IMG/VR virus record: IMGVR_UViG_3300025872_000037
Location: 32,001 to 96,000 of that record
DNA from: a virus
Strand: one strand, 5' to 3'
Length of the DNA stretch: 64,000 nucleotides
Part shown: one piece after another, positions 37,871 through 45,805 of the stretch
Layout of the letters: each line of letters begins with the position of its first letter
Numbering within the stretch: the stretch's first letter is position 1
Notes under the pieces: generated by a model
What the model was told of the DNA's origin: nothing
The model's database searches: none
The model's input: only the letters and a program-made list of their open reading frames with translations
Position numbers and translations under genes: made by a program

Positions 37871-37900
37871 AACCTCTGAACCAAAAGTTCAGAGGTTTTT
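37871..37900 (+). terminator. intrinsic terminator competing with an upstream antiterminator hairpin (37831-37876)
   Basis: AACCTCTGAAC-CAAAA-GTTCAGAGGTT-TTT. Confidence 0.75.
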
Positions 37901-38362
37901 AGTTTCACCGCCAGACTCCGGCTTCAAGGAGTCCAAACGACCGACATAGGGGGATCCAATCCGCGCCCTGAAAGCGCGATAGGGACCGAAGCAATTCGTT
38001 CTTTTTAGATAAAACCGAGCGGCCCCGGACGCTCATTAAAATAATTCGCCGGGCTTCTTTCCTGCCTGCACTGAAGTACGGGTTCATTCCGAGAAGCAGA
38101 AATGCTCTAGGTGCAGGTGGGACTATTTTGCGGCCAGTTTCGACTGGCAGGTGCAACCGCAGTAACGGGTTCTGCGCAAACAAAAACCCGGCCAATTTCC
38201 CGAAGCACGATTCGGACTCACAGATAGGTTGAAGATGGCAATGTAGCTTTGCCACCGATCTCACTGTCATCCTCATAACCCACACCGCGGGGCTACACGG
38301 TGTGGTGTCTTACTGAGGTGACTGAGCTCGGCCTCGTAAAGCTGTGAGCGGGAATTCATTTT

Positions 38363-38437
38363 GCCCTTGTAGCTCAGTGGTAGAGCGCCAGTTTTGTAAA
38401 CTGGATGTCGTCGGTTCAAGCCCGACCGGGGGCTCCA
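38363..38437 (+). tRNA. tRNA-Thr(TGT)
   Basis: Cloverleaf, CCAGT-TTTGTAA-ACTGG, CCA. Confidence 0.95.
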
Positions 38438-38523
38438 TTTTCGTCCGCTTGTCTAGCGGGTTCGACGCGGTCGGTGCGATACGGTCCGCGATACCAAAAG
38501 CCTTAACCGTGTCGCCAATTTAT

Positions 38524-38651
38524 CTCCGAGAGAGGGTGAGTGAACACCTCCGTTAGCGGTAGAACTTCAATGATGCTAACGGGTATGAGCCACACGAAGT
38601 AGAGAATTGAAGCTCGAACGTGTTATAGCAGCTTAATCAGCTGCCTCGGAG
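38524..38651 (+). ncRNA. tRNA-like RNA (acceptor + T-arm mimic with long insert)
   Basis: CTCCGAG/CTCGGAG 7-bp stem stacked on GCAGC-7 nt-GCTGC. Confidence 0.4.
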
Positions 38652-38658
38652 TCCCTTT

Positions 38659-38733
38659 GAGTGTGTAGTGTAACGGTCAGCACCGGCTAGCCTGCGGGCC
38701 CTGTGAGTGCGGGTTCGACTCCCGTCACACTCA
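38659..38733 (+). tRNA. atypical tRNA / pseudo-tRNA, anticodon undetermined
   Basis: GAGTGTG/CACACTC acceptor, normal D and T arms, irregular anticodon arm, no CCA. Confidence 0.6.
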
Positions 38734-38745
38734 ATTCATTTCTGC

Positions 38746-38822
38746 GCGCCAGTGTCGTTGAACGGTTAAACAGCTGTCTGCAAAGCAGCAAAATGCAGGT
38801 TCGATTCCTGTCTGGCGCTCCA
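38746..38822 (+). tRNA. tRNA-Cys(GCA)
   Basis: GCTGT-CTGCAAA-GCAGC, U73, CCA. Confidence 0.88.
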
Positions 38823-38828
38823 ATTTAC

Positions 38829-38920
38829 GGAAGAGTGGCTGAGTGGGTTAAGGCAACGGTCTTGAAAACCGTCGTGGCGTATAGTCGTCACCGTGAGTTC
38901 GAATCTCACCTCTTCCGCCA
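38829..38920 (+). tRNA. tRNA-Ser(TGA)
   Basis: Long variable arm, CTTGAAA loop, GCCA. Confidence 0.95.
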
Positions 38921-39069
38921 TTTTATAGAGAGTTAAGGGCACTGCTACCGGACGATCGCGGTAGGTTCACGTAGCTTAATAAGCACACATAGCTAAACAC
39001 TCTCTTCTTTTTAGCCTCCACTTGAGGGTGAACCACAGAGCTGGGGTAGATGAATCCAGCAGGCTATTT

Positions 39070-39153
39070 GCACTAGTGATGGAACGGCAGACATGAAAGT
39101 CTTAGAAGCTTTTGCCGCGAGGCGTACAGGTTCAAGTCCTGTCTAGTGCACCA
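39070..39153 (+). tRNA. tRNA-Leu(TAG)
   Basis: CTTAGAA loop, variable arm, ACCA. Confidence 0.93.
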
Positions 39154-39162
39154 ACAATTTTA

Positions 39163-39238
39163 GGGCCATTAGCTCATTTGGCAGAGCGCCTGATTTGCAT
39201 TCAGGAGGTGAGCGGTTCGACCCCGCTATGGTCCACCA
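39163..39238 (+). tRNA. tRNA-Ala(TGC)
   Basis: TTTGCAT loop, G3-U70, ACCA. Confidence 0.95.
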
Positions 39239-39242
39239 CTTT

Positions 39243-39351
39243 GGTGTAGGGTTAAGACGGTTCGAATCCGTCGTCGCCTTTGGATCGGCGCTAGTAAACC
39301 GTTTTGGACAAGGCGAGCGCTCGCTGATAAGGTTCGAACCCTTACACACCA
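39243..39351 (+). ncRNA. tRNA-like RNA with two T-arms, CCA end
   Basis: GACGG-TTCGAAT-CCGTC and TAAGG-TTCGAAC-CCTTA; GGTGT/ACACC closure. Confidence 0.5.
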
Positions 39352-39515
39352 ATCTATTCCTGCTGGGGCTCTGATCAGAGCGCGCATAACGAGGAGCATC
39401 ACCTCGAGAGTCCACGAACAGCAGGATTCAATTTATGCCGGCACGGTCAATCGCGAGACTGGTTAAAATCAGACGAGAGTGTACTGATACCGAAAATGCC
39501 GGCACCAATTTCTAC

Positions 39516-39590
39516 ACGGACGTGGTACATTAGTAGTGCAGCAGTCTCCAAAACTGCCTTATGGGGGTGCGATTCCCTCCGTCCGTGCCA
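39516..39590 (+). tRNA. tRNA-Trp(CCA)
   Basis: GCAGT-CTCCAAA-ACTGC, GCCA. Confidence 0.9.
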
Positions 39591-39596
39591 TTTTAC

Positions 39597-39673
39597 GGGG
39601 TGGTAGCTCAGCTGGTTAGAGCGTCTGCCTGTCACGCAGAAGGTCGCGGGATCGAGGCCCGTCCATCCCGCCA
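39597..39673 (+). tRNA. tRNA-Asp(GTC)
   Basis: CTGTCAC loop, GCCA. Confidence 0.95.
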
Positions 39674-39678
39674 TTTTT

Positions 39679-39753
39679 GCCGCCATCGTCTAACGGTCAG
39701 GACAGCGGGTTTTCATCTCGCTAATCGGGGTTCGATTCCCCGTGGTGGTACCA
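39679..39753 (+). tRNA. tRNA-Glu(TTC)
   Basis: TTTTCAT loop, CCA. Confidence 0.93.
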
Positions 39754-39786
39754 TTTTTACGTATGTTATAAATAGGTCATAAGTTT

Positions 39787-40227
39787 ATGACCAAAAACGA
39801 AAAAATTAGTCAAGCATTAAAGAAGCGTTTTAGCAAACAGCCGCATCACAAAAAAGGTAAAGCTGGTAAAAAGCACGATAAAATCGCAAAGCAAAAAATA
39901 CGCGAAGCTTTAATAAAACATTATGATTCTGCAGGAAGAATGTCCGATGCGCAGAAAAAAGCACGCAATAAAGCTAATGTTTATGCTTACAGAGCTAGAA
40001 AACGAAATGCGATACCAGAAAATGCAAATTTAGCTCTAATAAAACTAATTTATGAAAAATGTCCAGAAGGTTATCACGTAGATCATATAATTGCATTGGC
40101 ATCTGGAGGTCTACACCATCAAGATAATCTTCAATATTTACCTATTGCGGAAAATTGCCGCAAAGGTAAAAGCAATAATTACAATTCTTCTTTAGCCAAA
40201 GATTGGCGAGATTTTATTGGCATGTAG
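39787..40227 (+). mobile_element. free-standing HNH homing endonuclease gene inside the tRNA array
   Basis: YHVDHIIAL..GGLH...NLQYL...N; strongly AT-rich; own TATAAATA at 39767. Confidence 0.85.
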
Positions 40228-40292
40228 TTCAATGGTAGAACCCGCGACTGTTAATCGCGCAATTGGTTGTTCGACTCAACCCATGCCAGCCA
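40218..40292 (+). tRNA. tRNA-Asn(GTT)
   Basis: CTGTTAA loop, GCCA. Confidence 0.92.
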
Positions 40293-40302
40293 GTTTATTT
40301 TT

Positions 40303-40379
40303 CGGCGCGTAGCACAGCCTGGTAGTGCACTTGCTTTGGGAGCAAGCCGTCGGGGGTTCGAATCCCTCCGCGCCGACCA
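40303..40379 (+). tRNA. tRNA-Pro(TGG)
   Basis: TTTGGGA loop, C1-G72, ACCA. Confidence 0.95.
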
Positions 40380-40386
40380 TTTTCGA

Positions 40387-40461
40387 TGGCCCATTGTGTA
40401 ATGGTTAGCACAGCTGACTTTGACTCAGCTAGTTGGGGTTCGAGTCCCTGTGGGCCAGCCA
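40387..40461 (+). tRNA. tRNA-Gln(TTG)
   Basis: CTTTGAC loop, U1-A72, GCCA. Confidence 0.93.
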
Positions 40462-40815
40462 ATTTGAGCAGAGTCCTAGCTGTTCGTAAAACAGGAGCCG
40501 GTGTGATCGGTATTGCCGTTGTTCAGCGGGTAACCGTGCGCGGGAGAATCGGGTGCTGCTCTTTTTACTTTATGAAAAAACCTGAAAACTTATCACAGAT
40601 CCTTCTAGTTATCCTGGCGGTCATCGCCGATATTTTCTTAATCGTAAACGTCATCCATCACTGGTGACATGATCACTCGTCTCGTTCAATTAGTGTTTCT
40701 TTCCGTTCTCATTCCGGCTGCGATCTCAGCATTTTTGATCGTGGCCGTTACGTTAACTGCAAGCATCGTGGTAGGATTTCTGGTCCTATTCCACAGATTG
40801 CTCTCGTAGCTTCTT

Positions 40816-40891
40816 GGTCCTGTAGCTCAATGGTCAGAGCAGAGGACTCATAATCCTTTGGTTGTGGGTTCAAGTCCCACCGGGACCACCA
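40816..40891 (+). tRNA. tRNA-Ile2 or elongator Met (CAT)
   Basis: CTCATAA loop, ACCA. Confidence 0.9.
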
Positions 40892-40906
40892 TATATACTT
40901 TTGTAC

Positions 40907-40982
40907 GCGGTAGTAGCTCAGTTGGTAGAGCGCCATCCTTCCAAGCTGGTTGTCGCAGGTTCGAATCCTGTCTGCCGCTCCA
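40907..40982 (+). tRNA. tRNA-Gly(TCC)
   Basis: CTTCCAA loop, U73, CCA; one anticodon-stem mismatch. Confidence 0.92.
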
Positions 40983-40991
40983 ATTTACTTG

Positions 40992-41068
40992 GTCCTCGTA
41001 GCTCAACCGGAAAGAGCACCGTTTTTCTAAATCGGTGGTTGTGGGTTCGAGTCCCGCCGTGGACGCCA
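40992..41068 (+). tRNA. tRNA-Arg(TCT)
   Basis: TTTCTAA loop, GCCA; stem mismatches. Confidence 0.88.
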
Positions 41069-41164
41069 TTTTGACTTTGCGAGGAATCGCAAATGGTGGA
41101 GGGGTAATCCCAACACCCCCTGGAAGTGGGAAGCGCATACTTAAATCACGCTTAACTAATTTTT

Positions 41165-41541
41165 GGGCCTGTTCTGGATTCTATTCAGTGACAGACTTAT
41201 TGTAAGCAAGCATGGTTGCTGGACCATTCAACATCAGCAAAAACACAAACGGCATCTCAAATGTCATCGAGGCGATCTTCGGTACTCGTACCGAGGAGCT
41301 TCAGCTCGCAGCCTAAGAAACTGTGACCGACACGTCGTCCGATTCTCGCTGAGTCGACGGTCGTCATCAAGCGAGACTGATCTTCGAGAATTGTGGCTCG
41401 GTAGAAGAATCAGTACACTCTAGCCATTACGCCAGGAGAGTTGATAGCGACAGCTCCTGGCATGATCACAGCTATCTAAGCTTGTAGAAAACGATCGGAA
41501 AAGCACTGAACACACGGGTTCGACTCCCGTCAGGTCCACCA
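41165..41541 (+). ncRNA. ssrA: tmRNA
   Basis: GGGCCTG/CAGGTCC-ACCA with G3-U, T-arm GGTTCGACTCC, pk1, tag ORF 41251-41316 GISNVIEAIFGTRTEELQLAA*. Confidence 0.93.
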
Positions 41542-41700
41542 CTATTCCTTCGGTAACTTACGAAGGCAGACTAATCCCTCGACGAAGACTACCTCAAACC
41601 TGTCGCCGTCCTCAACTCTGAGCATGGCGGGTGTGAGTTCTTCATCAAAGAAAAGTGAGCCATCAGTGGTAAGTCTGAGGTCGTATCCGTGGAATCTCAT
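41542..41700 (-). CDS. small hypothetical protein (52 aa)
   Basis: Read by hand: MRFHGYDLRLTTDGSLFFDEELTPAMLRVEDGDRFEV...; AAAGGA RBS and CATAAATA upstream. Confidence 0.6.
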   Translation of the reverse strand: MRFHGYDLRLTTDGSLFFDEELTPAMLRVEDGDRFEVVFVEGLVCLRKLPKE

Positions 41701-41811
41701 GGGTGTTCCTTTCTATTTATGAAATGCTTAGAATTCGTTCACTTTTTTGTTTACAGGGTCATGCGGCAGTGTATGATCTGATCATAGTCAATTTTGTTCT
41801 TTTTCAACTTT

Positions 41812-42058
41812 TGTGACGGAATAAGCCTTTTCCTTAGGGCTAACGTATAACCACGGTGAAGAACCGCGGTTAGTTCCGGGACTTGTAAGTAAGTAAGGTA
41901 CTACGCTGAGGCCTAGGTTGGCCAACCGAAGCTACCAGAGGTACGGGTTGTAAGCATGAAATATCATGATATGGCGACTCGTTACGGTGCGACGGCACCA
42001 TCTGACTGAATAACTGAAGGCAAGTTCCCCGGATGGAGGTAATCATTAGTCCTCCCAA
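41812..42058 (+). ncRNA. unidentified structured RNA
   Basis: ORF-free; own TTTACA..TATGAT promoter; CCGGGACTTG/CAAGTTCCCCGG long-range stem. Confidence 0.4.
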
Positions 42059-42473
42059 TTTTTACTTTCGAGGCTTGATCTCCTCGAAACCCTCTCCCTT
42101 AGCAGCATTCACTAATCTATTGTCTGCACGGATGTTCGGTAGGGAACAAATGCTGGTAATGATGAAATAGACATCGGCTGGCACTACACGACAACGCTAC
42201 TGTGAGAGGGTACTCTTTCATCATACTCGACTAGGCGAGTCTAAATAGAAGAATAGGCCTAGTGCGGCAGATGCATCAGTGCGTAGCGCAAAGTGCATCT
42301 GCGACTTGCCACGCCACAGCTCCGGTGAGCTCAGGATTAAAGCTAAAAGCGCTGTGTGAATAAACACGAGGACAAAAATTGGCTAATGTATATCTCATAT
42401 GGCCGATAAATAAATCTCGTTGCGATAAGATATTCGCCAGCGTGGCACCTCTTTCAAGTTCTTTTCAATTTAT

Positions 42474-42548
42474 TGCAGTGTGGAGCAGTGGCAGCTCGCT
42501 TGGCTCATAACCAAGAGGTCAGGGGTTCGATTCCCTTCTCTGCACCCA
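42474..42548 (+). tRNA. tRNA-Met(CAT), initiator-like
   Basis: fMet-type D arm TGGAGCAG..GCTCG, CTCATAA loop, CCA. Confidence 0.88.
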
Positions 42549-42549
42549 A

Positions 42550-42777
42550 TTTTCTTAGATCGCAATTCAATAGGCAAATGCGCCGTTAGTGGTCGTATTC
42601 ATCGAAGCTAGCAACGTCAGAACAGCAGGACAGCTATGACGCCGAGTGGCTAATTGCGACGGATGGTATGTCGAAGCCCGGATGTTAAGACCCGCTGTTA
42701 TCTAGAACGGTCTCATCCGGTGGCAGTAATGCCTAGCAGAGCCCAGGACAACATCGATGAGCAGCGATCTAAGAAAA
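42550..42777 (+). ncRNA. unidentified ~225-nt structured RNA
   Basis: Perfect terminal stem TTTCTTAGATCGC/GCGATCTAAGAAA. Confidence 0.5.
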
Positions 42778-42936
42778 AGCAGATACTGCACCTATAGTTA
42801 ACTATAGGAAGCTTTCTGGTGGTCTGAACCTCGCGCCAGCGGACGCCTTCCGCTGGCGGTGTAAGCAACCGGTTGCTAGATACGAGGCTCTGAAAGTTCA
42901 CAAAGACCTTACTTTACGATAATAAATAGTTTTCCT

Positions 42937-44448
42937 ATGCGTAATAACACACATAATAATCCAAACCTGAAGAACGGATTGCTTATCAGCATTCTTTTCT
43001 TCTTTTTTGCAGCTTCAGCAGCAGCGCTCCCAAGCACTGGTGCTTCTAACCTCCAGACAACTCCTGGAGTAACGTTCACGCAGTCGGGTTCGACGCTGGC
43101 GTTTAATGCCCCGGATCGGGCGATTCTGAACTGGAACAACTTTGGTTCCGGTACAGATCATATCGCGGTTGCTGACACTATCAGGTATAATCTTCCTGGT
43201 GCTGCAGCATCGGTCCTTAACATCGTTTCCGGTGGTGCACAGACCACGATCAACGGAACGATTGAATCAAACGGAAAAGTTTACGTGCTAAATCCAAACG
43301 GCATCGTGATCGGTGGCACCTCACGCATCGATACCAATGCATTTGTTGCTAGCGCAGTGGACAATCCATTTGCTGCACAGTTCAAGTACATGGCTGATGG
43401 AGTTATTCCTTCAGAGGTGGGTGGACAGCGTACTGCAAATGGTAACGTTGTTGCTCAAACTGGTGCAATCTTTGCAACTCCTAATGTGGTCATTCTTGGC
43501 AAGGATATCACCATCGGTGGTGTCTTGACTGCCGGAAATATGCTGCTTGGTGGAGATGGCGCAGTGGTCGTTGGTGGTGCAGCATCAACCACGTGGGTTT
43601 CTGGTGATTTGACAATCACTAATCCTACTGGCACAACTACGATTGGAGTTCCTACCGCTAACGTCGGCACCAATAATGCTATTTCCGTCATTTCGACATC
43701 TGGCGATATTACTAATGCTATTGGTTCTCGTGTTCTAGGAAAGAATCTGATCGCTAACACTGTTAGTGGTAATGTCACACTTGCCGCTGTTGCTACAAGC
43801 GCAGTCACTGCAAATGGCAAGAACGTCACAGTTGCATTTGACGCCGGATCACTCACACCAAGCTTCTCGGGATCTGCAGTCACTGGCCTAACAGTCACTG
43901 CTCCTGCTTATCTGCTCTTAGCTGATGTCAAGGGCGACGCTGCCAATAACAGCTTCACAGCTGGTGGCACACTGACTCTTGGCAAGGTTCATCTGGGCGG
44001 TAGCGCATCCTTCACGGGATCTCGTGTAGTTGACTCGGTTGACAGCGTATTCGTCTATGACCGTACGTCATTCTCCGCCACCGCTGGAGATGTTGCAGTT
44101 ACCAAGGCTGGTCACAGCTTCGGCCCTCTGTCGATCTCTGCCACTGGCAATGGTACTGTCTATGAGAATGCTACGATCAATCTCAATGCTGTGAACGTCA
44201 AGGAGCTTGTCCTGAAGACAAAGGAAGCATTCTTCCAGACTCCTAACACCTTCGCTCTGACAGCCACGAAGTTCTCGCTCGATACTCTCGGCGCAGTCAC
44301 CTTCACCGGCGGTACGATCTCGAACGGTCTGACGATCAATGCAGGATCAGGTAACGTTGACCTGAGCAAGCTAAGCCTCGTCACCAATCTGAATAGCGTT
44401 GCTCCAGTTGTCACCACAACCGGTACGGTTGCTAACCCAGCTCAATAA
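42937..44448 (+). CDS. secreted filamentous-haemagglutinin (TPS) N-terminal-domain beta-helix protein
   Basis: Signal peptide; ILNWNNF, VLNIV, INGTI.SNG.V..LNPNGIVIG; G/T/A/V-rich repeats. Confidence 0.85.
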   Translation: MRNNTHNNPNLKNGLLISILFFFFAASAAALPSTGASNLQTTPGVTFTQSGSTLAFNAPDRAILNWNNFGSGTDHIAVADTIRYNLPGAAASVLNIVSGGAQTTINGTIESNGKVYVLNPNGIVIGGTSRIDTNAFVASAVDNPFAAQFKYMADGVIPSEVGGQRTANGNVVAQTGAIFATPNVVILGKDITIGGVLTAGNMLLGGDGAVVVGGAASTTWVSGDLTITNPTGTTTIGVPTANVGTNNAISVISTSGDITNAIGSRVLGKNLIANTVSGNVTLAAVATSAVTANGKNVTVAFDAGSLTPSFSGSAVTGLTVTAPAYLLLADVKGDAANNSFTAGGTLTLGKVHLGGSASFTGSRVVDSVDSVFVYDRTSFSATAGDVAVTKAGHSFGPLSISATGNGTVYENATINLNAVNVKELVLKTKEAFFQTPNTFALTATKFSLDTLGAVTFTGGTISNGLTINAGSGNVDLSKLSLVTNLNSVAPVVTTTGTVANPAQ

Positions 44449-45122
44449 TGAATAAGCTCATCGCGCTGTTCCTCGCCACTGCAGCCATTTCACAGGCTGC
44501 TTTGGCTCCTGCTAATTATGGTACTCTGACAGTCGGTTACCGCGAGAAGGATATCACCTTCGGTCGTGTTTCTAGCCGTCAGGGAGCTTATGTCGCCGAT
44601 GCTGCTTTCAAGTGGGAAAGTTTCCGGATGAATGCAGTAATGCAGAACAACGTTTCTCTCAAGGATTCCGGTCTTTATCAGGCCGATCTTATCGGAGGTT
44701 ACTCGTTCTTTTCTACGCTTGCTAATGTCGAGCTCGGTACAAAGTACGTCACGAAGTTCAAGGCTGATCCAAAAGATCGGATGAATCACTGGCGTCCATT
44801 TGTTACAGTCGGTAACTCCTGGTTGGCAGTCACTGCGACAGCTGATCTTGAGGCTCAAACCACGAACATCGAAGGCAAGGTCTCAAAGACACTTCCTCTG
44901 TTCTTAGGCCTTAGCAGCACCACTGCTCTATCAGCCGGTTATACCGATGTCAATGATGCCCTTCCTCGTACTCTGAAGGAAGTCAAGTACACCAATGCGT
45001 ACTACGGCGGATCCTTCGATATCACCTGGAAGATTGCTACTGCAGGTATCTACGTCCTGCACGATGGTATCAAGAAGGAATGGTCAGCTGGCTGGAGAGC
45101 CGGAACTACAATCCGCTTCTAA
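44448..45122 (+). CDS. putative outer-membrane beta-barrel protein
   Basis: Signal peptide, alternating amphipathic strands, terminal Phe (GTTIRF). Confidence 0.7.
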   Translation: MNKLIALFLATAAISQAALAPANYGTLTVGYREKDITFGRVSSRQGAYVADAAFKWESFRMNAVMQNNVSLKDSGLYQADLIGGYSFFSTLANVELGTKYVTKFKADPKDRMNHWRPFVTVGNSWLAVTATADLEAQTTNIEGKVSKTLPLFLGLSSTTALSAGYTDVNDALPRTLKEVKYTNAYYGGSFDITWKIATAGIYVLHDGIKKEWSAGWRAGTTIRF

Positions 45123-45143
45123 GCTAATACTTCCTCAATGCCT

Positions 45144-45173
45144 ATGGCTGCATCGAAAGGTGCAGCCATTTTT
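45144..45173 (+). terminator. intrinsic terminator
   Basis: ATGGCTGCATC-GAAA-GGTGCAGCCAT-TTTT. Confidence 0.85.
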
Positions 45174-45211
45174 GTGTTTACACGCAGCGATTCAGAGTAT
45201 AGTATTCTACT

Positions 45212-45784
45212 ATGATAACTAAGTACATCTTTGTAGATCTTGACGAGACGCTGTTTCACTCGCGCTTCTTAGGAGTTGAGCCAACAAAAGCGATGAAGGC
45301 TATTATGAACGACAACGAGAAGTTAGTTAAACTCGTCAATTACCAAGACGGAGAAATTTCAGACTATGAGTTTTATGGTTCTTGCTTACGCCCAGGCGCG
45401 CACGATCTGTTGGCAGCATTGCGGGCTATTCCGAACAGTAAAGTAATGGTTTTGACGTCCTCTGTCGAAGACTATGCTCAAGCTAATAATCGAGCTCATG
45501 GCTTGGGATTCGACAATACCGACATCTATGCCCGAGCAAAATTGGAGCAAGGTATCGTGCCAGATTTGGGCATTACTGATCCAACAAGCGCTAAGTTCTA
45601 TCTGATCGACAATCTGCCCCGCCATGAGAATCGCATCAAGGTTCGCTGGATAGATCAGCTGGCGGATCATCCGCTTAGGTATATCAAGGTGCCAGAATTC
45701 TTTAGCGCTGAGCAGGATCGTCACCTTGACTCAGATTTGATTGCTGATATCCTGCTGAAGATCAACAACTTAGATAATTCATAA
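45212..45784 (+). CDS. HAD-superfamily (NIF/FCP1-like) phosphatase
   Basis: FVDLDETL, LRPG, LTSS, LIDN. Confidence 0.85.
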   Translation: MITKYIFVDLDETLFHSRFLGVEPTKAMKAIMNDNEKLVKLVNYQDGEISDYEFYGSCLRPGAHDLLAALRAIPNSKVMVLTSSVEDYAQANNRAHGLGFDNTDIYARAKLEQGIVPDLGITDPTSAKFYLIDNLPRHENRIKVRWIDQLADHPLRYIKVPEFFSAEQDRHLDSDLIADILLKINNLDNS

Positions 45785-45805
45785 CTCGTTGCTAATCAAT
45801 ATCTT

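Noticed and set aside
41812-42777. RNase P RNA, 6S RNA or a known riboswitch
   Set aside because: I could not find the RNase P GAGGAAAGUCC core or recognisable aptamer consensus by eye; left as unidentified pending Rfam search.
37905-42901. ORF-track proteins across the RNA island (e.g. 38344, 38703, 39561, 40862, 41163)
   Set aside because: They overlap tRNAs, tmRNA or structured RNA and lack coding-like composition.
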